A DNA stretch of 64,000 nt from an uncultured Chloroflexia bacterium (lineage in GTDB: Bacteria > Chloroflexota > Limnocylindria > Limnocylindrales > CSP1-4): contig CAVVCZ010000006.1 of assembly GCA_963746845.1 (NCBI GenBank), positions 352,001 to 416,000 on the forward strand, in the 5' to 3' direction. The translations under genes were made by a program, and so were the position numbers. A model generated the notes under the pieces. The model did no database searches and was not told where the DNA came from. It saw only the letters and a list, made by a program, of their open reading frames with translations. Shown here in pieces: positions 19,776-29,783 of the stretch (the stretch's first letter is position 1; every line of letters starts with the position of its first letter).

Positions 19776-21428
19776 ATGACCGTCATCGCGACCGACCTCA
19801 TCCTCGAGGCGTCCGGCATCGCCAAGACCTACGGCGCCGTCGTGGCCCTGAGGTCCGCGTCGCTCGCCGTCCGGCCGGGTGAGGTCCACGCGCTGATGGG
19901 CGCCAACGGCGCGGGCAAGAGCACCCTTGTCAAGATTCTCACCGGCGCCGTCCGGCCCGATGCCGGGCGGATCGCCGTCCGCGGACACGAGCGGACGGCC
20001 CACTCCCCGGCGGACGCCCGCCGCAGCGGGCTGGTCTCCGTCTACCAGGAGCCCGCCCTGATCCCGGACCTCGACATCCGGGCCAACCTGCGGCTGACCG
20101 CGACGCCGATCGAGCCCTTCCGGCACTGGATCGCCGAGCTGGGGCTCGGGACGCTCGACCTGTCGAGCCTGGCGCGCCGGCTGCCGCTCGCCTCCCTCCG
20201 GATCATCGACCTCGCCCGCGCCATGGCGATCGAGCCGGACGTCCTGATGCTCGACGAGATGACCGCCGCCCTCCCCGCCAACCTGACCGAGCGGGTCCTG
20301 GCGGTCGTCGGCGGTCAGCGCGGCGGCGACCGCTCGGTGATCTTCATCTCGCACCGGATGATCGAGATCGCCGCCGTCTGCGACCGGGCCACGGTCCTGC
20401 GCGAAGGCGAGACGGTCGGCGTCGTGGACGTGTCCGCGGGCTCGGAGGACCGGATCGTCGAGCTGATGCTCGGCCAGATCGCCGACGAGATGCCGGCCGT
20501 CGCCGAGCGAACGGCGAAGCACTCGGCAGAGGCCGAGACACCCCGGATGTCGGCCCGCGGAATCGCGTCCGGGACGAAGCTCAGGGACGCGACCTTCGAC
20601 CTCTACCCGGGTGAGGTCCTCGGCGTCGTGGCGCTGGACGGCCAGGGCCAGGATGAGCTCTTCGACATCCTCGCCGGCTCCGAGCGCCCGAGCGGCGGCG
20701 AGCTGCTGGTCGACGGCTCGGCCGTGTCGTTCCGGCACCCGGCGGACGCGATCACGGCCGGCGTCGTGTACGTGGCCGCGGACCGCGCCGAGGCGCTGCT
20801 CATGCAGCGATCCGTCCGGGAGAACATCGCCCTCCCGTTCATCGCCCGGATCGGCAAGTGGGGCCTGATCGACCTGAAGGCCGAGGGCCGGACGGTCAAC
20901 GACGCGGTGACCAGGCTCCAGGTCGACGCCCGGGCGGGGAACGAGGTCCGCCGGCTGTCGGGCGGCAACCAGCAGAAGGTCACGATCGCCCGCTGGGTCG
21001 CCCGGGGCGTCCGGACGATGCTCTGCTTCGACCCGACCCGGGGCATTGACATCCGGACCAAGCAGCAGATCTACGTCCTGCTCCGCGACCTGGCGGAGGC
21101 GGGTGCGGCGATCCTGTTCTACACGTCCGAGCTCAAGGAGGTCCAGCTCGTCTGCGACCGCGCGATCGTGGTCTTCGGCGGCGAGGTCGTCGAGGAGATC
21201 GCGGGCGTCGATGCCGACGAGGCGACGCTCCTGCGGGCGGCCTACCACCTCCGGTCCGGCGCCCAGCTGCCGGAAGAGCTCGTCGCGACCGAGATCGAGG
21301 CGACGACCGTCGCGATCACGGCGACGGAGCCGCCGGCACCCGGGGCGACCGAGCCCGCGCCGAAGGCGGCCACCGACCCAACCGGGGACCCAGCCACCGA
21401 CGCGGACACCGGGACCGAAGCGCCGTGA
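19776..21428 (+). CDS. Sugar ABC transporter ATP-binding protein (two NBDs, RbsA-like)
   Basis: GANGAGKST, LDEMT, FISHR, LSGGNQQK, DPTRGID. Confidence 0.93.
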   Translation: MTVIATDLILEASGIAKTYGAVVALRSASLAVRPGEVHALMGANGAGKSTLVKILTGAVRPDAGRIAVRGHERTAHSPADARRSGLVSVYQEPALIPDLDIRANLRLTATPIEPFRHWIAELGLGTLDLSSLARRLPLASLRIIDLARAMAIEPDVLMLDEMTAALPANLTERVLAVVGGQRGGDRSVIFISHRMIEIAAVCDRATVLREGETVGVVDVSAGSEDRIVELMLGQIADEMPAVAERTAKHSAEAETPRMSARGIASGTKLRDATFDLYPGEVLGVVALDGQGQDELFDILAGSERPSGGELLVDGSAVSFRHPADAITAGVVYVAADRAEALLMQRSVRENIALPFIARIGKWGLIDLKAEGRTVNDAVTRLQVDARAGNEVRRLSGGNQQKVTIARWVARGVRTMLCFDPTRGIDIRTKQQIYVLLRDLAEAGAAILFYTSELKEVQLVCDRAIVVFGGEVVEEIAGVDADEATLLRAAYHLRSGAQLPEELVATEIEATTVAITATEPPAPGATEPAPKAATDPTGDPATDADTGTEAP

Positions 21429-22429
21429 CCGCCGCCGTCGGCACACCCGACGCGATCCGGCGACGACCCGCCGACGCCATCGCCGCGTGGGCCCGCCGCA
21501 ACACCTGGACACTGTCCCTGCTCGGGCTGCTCGCCGTGCTGCTCGTCTTCACGAAGCTGATCCAGCCGTCCTACGGCGTCGCCGGGATCCAGGGCCTCGG
21601 CATCTCGATCCTGCCGCTCGGCTTCGCCGCCGTCGCCCAGGCCGTCGTCGTCATCGCCGGCGGGATCGACCTTTCGATCGGCTCGATGATGGCCCTGACG
21701 AGCGTCGTCGCGGCGACCCAGATGGAGAACCAGAGCGATGCGTTCGGGGTCGGCGTCGTCGTCGGGGTGCTGCTCCTCGGCCTCGTCCTCGGCCTGGTGA
21801 ATGGCACCGTCGTGGTCGTGACCCGGGTACCGGACATCGTGGTGACGCTGGCGATGTCCTTCGTCTGGGCCGGATTCGCGCTGCTGGTGTCCCCGGCGCC
21901 CGGTGGATCCGCGTCGCCCTGGCTGACCGGCCTCGTGATCGGGCCCTTCCTGAACGAGTGGATCCCGAAGTCGGCCGTCGTTCTCCTCGTGATCGTCGGA
22001 GTGATCTGGATCCCGGTGGCGCGGTCGCGACTCGGCCTCTCGATCTACGCGATCGGCAGCAACCGGCTGGCCGCGTTCCGGAGCGGCGTGTCCGTCGGGC
22101 GGACGAAGGTCCTCGCGTACATGCTCACGGGGCTCCTGTCGGCGATCGCCGGCCTCGCCTTGACGGCCAGCACGACGATCGGGACGCCGGTGCCGGGTCC
22201 GTACACGCTCGAGAGCGTGGCCGCGATCGTGCTCGGTGGCGTGAGCCTCGCGGGTGGCCGCGGCGGCGTCTTCGGCCCGATCGTCGCGGTCGTCGTCCTC
22301 CAGCTGATCCAGAACGACATGACGTTCCTCGACTTCGACCCGAACTACGCGCTCGTCGCCCAGGGCGTGATCCTGATCGGCGTCCTGGTCCTCGGCAGCG
22401 TCATCCAGCTCCGGCGGGCCCGGGCATGA
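21425..22429 (+). CDS. Sugar ABC transporter permease (RbsC-like)
   Basis: GGIDLSIG, IVVTLA, YAIGSN, AIVLGGVSLAGGRG. Confidence 0.92.
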   Translation: MTAAVGTPDAIRRRPADAIAAWARRNTWTLSLLGLLAVLLVFTKLIQPSYGVAGIQGLGISILPLGFAAVAQAVVVIAGGIDLSIGSMMALTSVVAATQMENQSDAFGVGVVVGVLLLGLVLGLVNGTVVVVTRVPDIVVTLAMSFVWAGFALLVSPAPGGSASPWLTGLVIGPFLNEWIPKSAVVLLVIVGVIWIPVARSRLGLSIYAIGSNRLAAFRSGVSVGRTKVLAYMLTGLLSAIAGLALTASTTIGTPVPGPYTLESVAAIVLGGVSLAGGRGGVFGPIVAVVVLQLIQNDMTFLDFDPNYALVAQGVILIGVLVLGSVIQLRRARA

Positions 22430-23415
22430 GCGCGGCGACCGGCACCGCGACCGGGCTCACGTCGACCGGCCTGCGCGGCCTCTTCCGGGACCGCCCGATC
22501 ATCCCGCTGATCGTGCTGCTGGCGGTGCTCGTCCTCGTCATCGAGCTGTCCGACCCCGGGATCGTCAGCCTGTCATGGGGCGGCGTGATCGTCCGCGCGA
22601 CCATCCCGCTCGCGATCCTCGCCGGCTGCCAGACCCTGACGATGCTGACCGGCGGGATCGACCTGTCCGTCGGCGCGGTCGGCTCGATGGCCGGCTTCGT
22701 GACGGCGACGTTCGTCCACAGTCCCGGCGGCGTCGCCCAGGGGATCGTGGTGGCCCTCGTCGCCGCCGCCCTCGCCGGCCTGATCAGTGGCGTCGGCGTG
22801 GGCGTCTTCCAGGTCCACCCGCTGATCATGACCCTGGGCATGAGCTTCGTCGTCCTCGGGCTCGCCAACGTCTGGCAGCTCGAGCAGCTCCAGACCGGGG
22901 CCGGCGTCCCCGAGGGCCTGCGGACGCTCGGTTCGGGAACGCTCTGGGACGTCGTGCCGAACAGCCTCGTCGTGTTCGTGCCGGTGGCCCTGATCATCCT
23001 CCTCGGCCTGCGCCGGACCGGCTACGGCCGGCTGCTGTTCGCGGTCGGCGACAACCCCGTCGCCGCCCGGCTGTCCGGCACACGGTCGTGGCAGGTGATC
23101 ATCGTCCTGTACGTCCTGTCGGCCGTGCTGGCCGCCGTCGCCGGGCTGTTGATCTCCGGACTCACGAACACGGCCAGCGTGTCGCTCGTCGACAGCTACG
23201 TGCTTCCGTCGGTGGCCGCCGCGGTCATCGGCGGCACCTCGATCCTCGGCGGCCGCGGCGGATACGGCGGGACGATCGTCGGCGCGCTGATCCTGACCGT
23301 GCTCACCGCGTTGCTGACCGTCCTCGGCCTGCCCGAGCCGTCGCGGCAGATCCTGTTCGGAGCGATCATCGTCCTGGTTGCCGCCGCCTACACCCGGGTC
23401 ACCGGCGAGACCTGA
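22426..23415 (+). CDS. Sugar ABC transporter permease (RbsC-like)
   Basis: GGIDLSVG, AVGDNPVAARLSG, AVIGGTSILGGRG. Confidence 0.92.
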   Translation: MSAATGTATGLTSTGLRGLFRDRPIIPLIVLLAVLVLVIELSDPGIVSLSWGGVIVRATIPLAILAGCQTLTMLTGGIDLSVGAVGSMAGFVTATFVHSPGGVAQGIVVALVAAALAGLISGVGVGVFQVHPLIMTLGMSFVVLGLANVWQLEQLQTGAGVPEGLRTLGSGTLWDVVPNSLVVFVPVALIILLGLRRTGYGRLLFAVGDNPVAARLSGTRSWQVIIVLYVLSAVLAAVAGLLISGLTNTASVSLVDSYVLPSVAAAVIGGTSILGGRGGYGGTIVGALILTVLTALLTVLGLPEPSRQILFGAIIVLVAAAYTRVTGET

Positions 23416-23420
23416 CCGCG

Positions 23421-24419
23421 GTGACCGACGATCGACCCGTGAGCCGCCACCTGGGGCTGGACCTCGGCGGGACGAACATCAAGTGGGTCGTTATCGAGCG
23501 GACCGGCGAGGCGCCGGGCCACGAGCCGATCCCGATCGATCGCGAGCGGGAGACCGGCGGCGTCGCCTGGACCCAGCTCGACCGCGACCAGGTGCCGACC
23601 CCGACGAAGGACGGCCCGGACGCGGTCGTCGCGCGGCTCGCATCGGTCGGCGCCGAGGCGATCGCCCGCTGCCCGGGCGTGGCCACGGTCGGGATCGGCA
23701 TCCCGGGCCTGTACGACCCGGCCGACGGGTCGGTCCGCTTCCTCGTGAACTTCCCGGGCCTCTGGAAGGGCCGACCGGTCGCCCGCGAGGTCGCGACCGC
23801 CCTCGACCGGCCGGTCGCCCTGATCAACGACGCCCGCGCGTTCGGGCTGGCCGAGCACCGGCTGGGTGCCGGTCGCGGTGCGTCGACGATGGTCGGGCTG
23901 ACGCTCGGGACGGGGGTCGGTGGCTGCGTCGTCGTCCACGGTCGGTTGCTGCTCGGCCACGACGGGACCGCCGGCGAGCTCGGCCACCAGACCATCGAGC
24001 CCGACGGACCGTGGTGCAACTGCGGCAACCGGGGCTGCCTCGAGGCCTTCGCCCGGGCCGACCAGATCGCCGAGGCCTGTGGGGCAACGACCGCGGAGGA
24101 GGCGGTCGAGCGCGCCCGGGCGGGCGATCCGCGCGCCGTCGCAGGACTGACCGACGTGGGGCGATACCTCGGGATCGGGATCGGCAACACGATCGTCAGC
24201 CTGGCGCCCGACCGGGTCGTCCTCGGGGGCGGGATCGCCGCGGCGACGGACCTCCTGCGCGGCCCGATCGAGGCCGAGCTGCGGCGGCGGGTGACGGTCA
24301 CCTCGCTCGACCTCGTCGAGATCGTCGTGGCCGAGCTCGGGACGTGGGCCGGGGCGATCGGGGCCGCCATCCATGGCGCCGAAGGCCGTGCCGAGGCGAC
24401 GGCGGGGTCGTCGGCATGA
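23421..24419 (+). CDS. ROK-family sugar kinase
   Basis: GLDLGGTNIK, INDAR, TLGTGVGG, GELGH, CNCGNRGCLE. No HTH. Confidence 0.9.
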   Translation: MTDDRPVSRHLGLDLGGTNIKWVVIERTGEAPGHEPIPIDRERETGGVAWTQLDRDQVPTPTKDGPDAVVARLASVGAEAIARCPGVATVGIGIPGLYDPADGSVRFLVNFPGLWKGRPVAREVATALDRPVALINDARAFGLAEHRLGAGRGASTMVGLTLGTGVGGCVVVHGRLLLGHDGTAGELGHQTIEPDGPWCNCGNRGCLEAFARADQIAEACGATTAEEAVERARAGDPRAVAGLTDVGRYLGIGIGNTIVSLAPDRVVLGGGIAAATDLLRGPIEAELRRRVTVTSLDLVEIVVAELGTWAGAIGAAIHGAEGRAEATAGSSA

Positions 24420-25213
24420 CCGAGACCCGATACCAGCCGGCGTACCGCCAGATCGAGCAGTCGCTCCGTGAGCGGATTGCCCGGATGCCGCCCGGCGAGC
24501 GCCTCCCGTCCGACGCCGAGCTGTGTGCCCAGTTCGGGGTCAGCCGGATGACGGCACGGAACGCGATGGAGCGGCTCGCCGTCGACGGCCTGATCCGGCG
24601 CGAGCCGGGCCGCGGCAGCTTCGTGGCCCGGGCGCCGGCGCATCGACGGACCAACCGGCTGATGACGTTCACCCAGGAGATGCGCCGGGCCGGTCGCCAG
24701 CCGACCTCGCGGGTGCTCACCCGGGTCATCCGGCCGTCGTCGACGGCGGAGGCCGCGAGCCTCGGGATCCCGGCGCGGCAGCCGATCGTCCACCTCCGTC
24801 GTTTGCGGCTCGCCGACGACCAGCCGATCGCGCTCGAGTCGGCGGTCCTCGTCGGCGACTGCGCGAGCGCGGTGATGACCGCGGATCTCGTCAACGGTTC
24901 CCTGCATGAAACGCTCGCCGGCTTCGGGTTCGTCCTGCGACGGGGCACCGGCACGATCACGGCCGCCATGGCCTCCCACGAGGACGCCCGGTTGTTCGAG
25001 ACCCGTGTCGGCAGCCCGCTGCTCGTGGAACGCCGGATCATCGAGGACGCCAACGGCCGGCGGATCGAGAGCACGGAGTCGCGCTACCCGGCCGACCGCT
25101 ATGGCCTGGAGGTCCAGTTCGACGTCGAGGGCGGCGAGCTCGTCGAGGCCGACGGAGACGATCGGTCGAACGGGAACGGCCGGGCCGATCGGTCCGCTCC
25201 CGCCGGCCGATGA
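24416..25213 (+). CDS. GntR/HutC-family (UTRA) transcriptional regulator
   Basis: PGERLPSDAELCAQFGVSRMTAR, GRGSFV, C-terminal UTRA domain. Confidence 0.92.
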   Translation: MTETRYQPAYRQIEQSLRERIARMPPGERLPSDAELCAQFGVSRMTARNAMERLAVDGLIRREPGRGSFVARAPAHRRTNRLMTFTQEMRRAGRQPTSRVLTRVIRPSSTAEAASLGIPARQPIVHLRRLRLADDQPIALESAVLVGDCASAVMTADLVNGSLHETLAGFGFVLRRGTGTITAAMASHEDARLFETRVGSPLLVERRIIEDANGRRIESTESRYPADRYGLEVQFDVEGGELVEADGDDRSNGNGRADRSAPAGR

Positions 25214-26379
25214 GCGCCGCGGCCGACGGGGCGAGCGATCCGGGCGACCCGGTCACCGCCGTCGCGGGGCAACTGGTCCTCGACGACCGCGTCGTCCCGG
25301 GACGGATCCTCGTCAAGGGCGATCGGATCGCCGGCGTCGAGTACCAGGCCGATGACACGCCCGACGGCACGCCCTTCGTCGCGCCCGGCTTCGTCGACGT
25401 CCACGTCCACGGCTGGGGCGGCCACGACGCGATGGCCGACCCAGCGGCGCTCGACGGCATGGCGCGCGGCCTCCTCCGCCACGGCGTAACGTCGTTCCTG
25501 CCGACCGCGGTGACGGCGCCGCTCGCCGACCTCGACGCCTTCGCCGAGCGCGTCCGGGCCTGGCTGCCGGCGGCGCCAGACGATGGCGCCGGGCCACTCG
25601 GCTTCAACCTCGAGGGTCCGTTCCTCGCCAGCGAGCGCCGCGGGGCGCACGACGCGCGGCATCTCCGGGCGCCCGCCGCGGTCCCGGCGGCGGAGCTCGA
25701 GGCGCTCGTCCCGGGCCTGCGCCTGCTCACGATCGCGCCGGAGCTGGACGGAGCCACGGACCTGATCCGCGCGCTGCGAAGCCGCGGCGTGACCGTCTCC
25801 CTGGGCCACTCCGCGGCGTCGTTCGACCAGGCCCGCGCCGGCTATGGGGCCGGCGCCACATCGACGACCCATCTGTTCAACGCGATGACCGGGATCGATC
25901 ATCGCTCACCGGGGCTGGCCCTCGCCGCACTCCTCGACGATGCGGTGTTCGTCGAGCTGATCGCGGACGGGATCCACGTCGACCCGGCCGTCTGGCCGCT
26001 GATCACGCGGTTGAAGCCGGCGGATCGCTGGCTGCTCGTCAGCGACGCGATCGCGATCGCGGGGACGAACGACGGGCGCGGCCGCATCGGGGAGCTGGAG
26101 GTCGAGGTCCGCGGTGGCCGCGCCGTGCTGGCGGGAACGGAGACCCTGGCCGGATCGGTGATCGCCCTCGACGATGCTGTCCGGAACGTCGTCGCGGCCG
26201 GGACGCCGCTGCCGGCCGTCGTCGCGGCGGCCTCCAGGAACCCACTGGCCGCCCTCGGCGTCACCGACCGGGGCCGGATCGCCGTCGGTCAGCGGGCCGA
26301 CCTCGTGGAGCTCGATGGCGGGCTACGGGTCCGCCGGGTGATGCGGGCCGGCCGCTGGTTCGCGGCCGCCGGCGACTGA
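25210..26379 (+). CDS. nagA: N-acetylglucosamine-6-phosphate deacetylase
   Basis: PGFVDVHVHG, LEGPF, RRGAH, TIAPE, GHS, THLFNAM, IADGIHV, VSDA, LAGS. Confidence 0.9.
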   Translation: MSAAADGASDPGDPVTAVAGQLVLDDRVVPGRILVKGDRIAGVEYQADDTPDGTPFVAPGFVDVHVHGWGGHDAMADPAALDGMARGLLRHGVTSFLPTAVTAPLADLDAFAERVRAWLPAAPDDGAGPLGFNLEGPFLASERRGAHDARHLRAPAAVPAAELEALVPGLRLLTIAPELDGATDLIRALRSRGVTVSLGHSAASFDQARAGYGAGATSTTHLFNAMTGIDHRSPGLALAALLDDAVFVELIADGIHVDPAVWPLITRLKPADRWLLVSDAIAIAGTNDGRGRIGELEVEVRGGRAVLAGTETLAGSVIALDDAVRNVVAAGTPLPAVVAAASRNPLAALGVTDRGRIAVGQRADLVELDGGLRVRRVMRAGRWFAAAGD

Positions 26380-26382
26380 CCG

Positions 26383-27180
26383 TCAGCGGTCGGGCATCGC
26401 CTCCAGGGTCCGCTCGACGTCATGGAGCATCCGGATCGTCGCCTCGGTCACGACCCGCAGGTAGCCCTCGCCGTACTCGGCGCTCGACTCGCGGGCATCG
26501 CCCCACGTTCCGGTCCGCGTCGCCCGGTACACGGAGCCCGGCGACGAGAAGAAGAAGGCCGTGTGGACCGGCGCCGGGCTGGTCACGTCGGGGAATGGCG
26601 GCATCTCGGCGTTGGCGTTCTCGAGGTCGACGAGGTCCGGATCGATCGCCATCACGGCCGACGTCTCGGCCCGGTTCGCGTGCAGGCCGGCCGCCGGCCC
26701 GAAGTACTCCGCCGCCTCGTCGGCCGTCATCCCGTCCCAGTAGTTGATCGGGAAGGCACGCGTCCCCTCGGGCAGGCGCGACGCGGCGTTCGCGCACGCG
26801 TAGGCGATCGCGTAGGTGTTGTCGTAGTGACCGTTGAGGAACGCGATGCGTCGGAAGCCGATCGACGCCAGCGACGCCGCCAGGTCCTCGATCAGGGCCA
26901 TGAAGGTCGGGATCCGGATGTGGACGAGCCCGGTGAACCCGACGTGCGGGTACGACAGGCCGTAGTTGACCGTCGGTGCCACGACCGCCCCGACCCGCGG
27001 CGCGACGCGACGGGCGACCTCGGTCGGGACGAAGGCATCGGTCAGGAGCGGCCCGTGCGGGCCGTGCTGCTCGGTCGAGCCGACCGGGACGACGACGGTC
27101 GGCCGGTCGGGGTGCGCAGCCAGGAACGCCTCGACCTCGGGGCTGGTCATCTCCCCGAGGAACACGGTCGGCGGTTTCAT
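26383..27180 (-). CDS. Creatininase-family amidohydrolase
   Basis: PVGSTEQHGPH, TD, LNGHYDN, HANRAETS, GTWGD. Confidence 0.9.
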   Translation of the reverse strand: MKPPTVFLGEMTSPEVEAFLAAHPDRPTVVVPVGSTEQHGPHGPLLTDAFVPTEVARRVAPRVGAVVAPTVNYGLSYPHVGFTGLVHIRIPTFMALIEDLAASLASIGFRRIAFLNGHYDNTYAIAYACANAASRLPEGTRAFPINYWDGMTADEAAEYFGPAAGLHANRAETSAVMAIDPDLVDLENANAEMPPFPDVTSPAPVHTAFFFSSPGSVYRATRTGTWGDARESSAEYGEGYLRVVTEATIRMLHDVERTLEAMPDR

Positions 27181-27203
27181 GCGGTTGGTCCTCCTGCTCG
27201 GCC

Positions 27204-27848
27204 TCAGACGATGTGGGTCGTGAGCTCTCCGATGCCGTCGATCCGACAGACGACGACGTCGCCGGGTTCCAGATGGCGGTCCAGGCCGGGCGGGCTCGAC
27301 AGGCGGGAGGGCGTCCCGGTCGCGATCAGGTCACCCGGCCGAAGGGTCAGATGGCGGCTCAGGAACGCCACGATCTCGGCGATCGAGAACCGCATGTCGG
27401 AGGTGCGGCCGTCCTGGATGGCCACGCCGTTGATCGTGCAGCCGAGCGCCAGATCCGCCGGGTCCAGCTCGTCGGCGGTCACGACCACCGGTCCGGCCGG
27501 ACAGAACCCGGGCATCGACTTGCCGATGAGCCACTGGTCGCCGTCGAGCCACGGATCGCGCGACGAGACGTCGTTGACGATCGTGTAGCCGAGGATGTGG
27601 TCGAGGGCGTCGGCGGCGTCGACCGCGGCCGCCTCCCGGCCGATCACGACGCCGAGCTCGACCTCCGGGTCGACGTTCGCCGTCAGCGTCCGATCCCAGG
27701 TCAGGCTGGCATCCGCGGCCACGAACGCGGACGACGCCTTGCCATAGATCAGGGGCCGCTCCGGGCCGGCTCCGGCCGGTTCGCCCGGCGATCGGTAGTT
27801 GCGGCCGACGGTGTAGATCGCCCCGGGCACGGGGACGTCGAGTCGCAC
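27204..27848 (-). CDS. Fumarylacetoacetate hydrolase-family protein
   Basis: VGRNY, DPEVELGVVIG, NDVSSRD, GKS, PGDLIATGTP. Start approximate. Confidence 0.88.
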   Translation of the reverse strand: MRLDVPVPGAIYTVGRNYRSPGEPAGAGPERPLIYGKASSAFVAADASLTWDRTLTANVDPEVELGVVIGREAAAVDAADALDHILGYTIVNDVSSRDPWLDGDQWLIGKSMPGFCPAGPVVVTADELDPADLALGCTINGVAIQDGRTSDMRFSIAEIVAFLSRHLTLRPGDLIATGTPSRLSSPPGLDRHLEPGDVVVCRIDGIGELTTHIV

Positions 27849-27849
27849 G

Positions 27850-28707
27850 TCAGGCCCGCACCGTCGGGTCGGCCAGCAGCGGGGCCACGGCATCGCGCAT
27901 GACACCGGCCATCCCGCCGACGCCGGTCCAGCGTTCGAACGCGATCGCCGCCTGCTGGATCAGCATCTCGGAGCCGTTCGCCGCGCGGAGTCCGCGGGCC
28001 CGGGCGTTCGCGACGAGGGGCGTCTCCGCAGGGACGTAGACGCAGTCGAACACCGTCGCTGCCGCCGGCAGGAGCTCCACGTTGAATGCCGCTCCCGGGT
28101 CGATCATCCCCACGGTCGTCGCGTTGACGGCGAGGTCCGCCGAGCCCAGCGCCTCGACGACCTCCGGGCCATCGAGGGGCACGGCGGACACCGAGCCCGA
28201 CCCGACCCCGCGGAACCGGGCCGCCAACGCCTCGCCCGAGGCGACCGTGCGGCTCGCCACCGAGACGTGTCGTGCGCCGCCGGCCAGGCAGCCGAACACG
28301 ACTGCGTGGGCGGCTCCGCCGGCGCCCGCGACGACGACCTCGAGGCCGACAAGCGGCCGACCGAGCGCCAACTCCACGCCGGCACGGAACCCGGGCGCGT
28401 CCGTGTTGAACCCGATGAGCCGGCCGTCATCGGTCCGGACGACGTTGTTCACCGCCCCGATGGCCTGCGCGTCGCCCTCCACCTCGTCGACCAGGCCCGC
28501 GACGAGGGCCTTGTACGGCGCGGTCACGCCGAGACCGAGGAAGTCCGGCCCGCGCGCGGCACCGACGGCGCCGGGAACCTCCCCTTCGTCCAGCTCCGCG
28601 AGCACGTATTCCCCGTCGATGCCCGCCGCCGCGAACGCGGCGTTGTGCATGACGACCGAGTGGCGTCGCCGGAGCGGCTTGCCGAGGAGGGCGACCCGCC
28701 GGGTCAC
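27850..28707 (-). CDS. Shikimate dehydrogenase-like protein
   Basis: HSVVMHN, VTAPYK, IGAVN, NTDAPGF, GAGGAA, NATTVG, MLIQQA. The substrate-site SxS motif is diverged. Confidence 0.85.
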   Translation of the reverse strand: MTRRVALLGKPLRRRHSVVMHNAAFAAAGIDGEYVLAELDEGEVPGAVGAARGPDFLGLGVTAPYKALVAGLVDEVEGDAQAIGAVNNVVRTDDGRLIGFNTDAPGFRAGVELALGRPLVGLEVVVAGAGGAAHAVVFGCLAGGARHVSVASRTVASGEALAARFRGVGSGSVSAVPLDGPEVVEALGSADLAVNATTVGMIDPGAAFNVELLPAAATVFDCVYVPAETPLVANARARGLRAANGSEMLIQQAAIAFERWTGVGGMAGVMRDAVAPLLADPTVRA

Positions 28708-29759
28708 GAGGCGACGGCGACCGGGCTGCGGTTGGGCTTGCGGACCGGCCCGGCGGTCGACGGGAACGTCACGTTCGGGATGATCTCGCGGGCCCAGTCC
28801 TCGAGCTGCCTCGGGTCCGGCGTCATCGTGTGGAGGATGAACTGCTCGACCCCGGCGTCGACCCGGGCCTGGAGCGACGCGACGATCTCGTCCGGCGTGC
28901 CGAACAGGTAGACCGACTCGAGGTACTCCGGGCCACGCTCGCCGCTCATGACCTTCAGGAACGCCCGGTGCTGCTCCTCACGGGCCTTCGCCGGGTCGTT
29001 CGTCAGGACGAGGTGGAGGAAGTTCTCGTGGGCGACGGACAGGCCCGCCGGATCCGCGCCGTTCTCGGCGAAGAACTGCCAGAGCTCGTCCCGGTCGCGC
29101 CGGATGTCGGGCGGTGGGCAGGTCGGCCGAGGGATCCAGCCGTCGGCGCGCAACGTCCGCGCCTTGACCGACTCGACGAACTTCGGCACGTCCGGCGACT
29201 TGGGGTTGGCGAGCTGTGAGCCGCCGCCCACCCAGACGGATGGTCGCATGCCGGTCCGCGGCTCGATGAACACGTCGTCGACCGAGTAGTAGCGGCCGTG
29301 ATAGGTGACGGTCTCGCCGTCGAGGAGCGGCAGCATGATGTCGAGCATCTCGTCGGTCCGCCTGCCGCGCTCGGTCTTGTGGACGCCGACCGCCTCGTAC
29401 TCCACGTCGTTCCAGCCGACGCCCGCGCCGAGGACCATCCGGTTGTCGGACAGGAACTGGAGCGTCGCGAGCTCCTTGGCGAGGAGCACCGGGTTCCGGA
29501 GCGGCATGATCAGGATCGACGTCCCGAGCCGGACCCGCTCGGTCACGCCGGCCGCGACGCCGAGCGCCATCAATGGCTCGAGCCAGTTCACCGAGTAGAA
29601 CCGCTTGCCGACGAGCAGGTGGTCCGTGATGAACAGGGAGTCGAACCCGAGGTCCTCCACGGTCCGTGCGAAGGCCTTGATCCCGCGCGCGCGCTCGGGG
29701 CCGTCGCCCTCCCACACGTACGAGGGCAGGAAGACACCGAACCGGCCGATCTCGCTCAC
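28704..29759 (-). CDS. LLM-class flavin/F420-dependent oxidoreductase
   Basis: GFDSLFITDH, TERVRLGTSILIMPLRNPVLLAK, GAGVGW. Confidence 0.9.
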   Translation of the reverse strand: MSEIGRFGVFLPSYVWEGDGPERARGIKAFARTVEDLGFDSLFITDHLLVGKRFYSVNWLEPLMALGVAAGVTERVRLGTSILIMPLRNPVLLAKELATLQFLSDNRMVLGAGVGWNDVEYEAVGVHKTERGRRTDEMLDIMLPLLDGETVTYHGRYYSVDDVFIEPRTGMRPSVWVGGGSQLANPKSPDVPKFVESVKARTLRADGWIPRPTCPPPDIRRDRDELWQFFAENGADPAGLSVAHENFLHLVLTNDPAKAREEQHRAFLKVMSGERGPEYLESVYLFGTPDEIVASLQARVDAGVEQFILHTMTPDPRQLEDWAREIIPNVTFPSTAGPVRKPNRSPVAVAS

Positions 29760-29783
29760 TGACTGACCTCTCGCTGCGCGGCC

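Noticed and set aside
21290-21428. Thr/Ala/Pro-rich repetitive tail of the ABC ATPase
   Set aside because: Low-complexity disordered extension with no discrete repeat unit or sign of a separate function.
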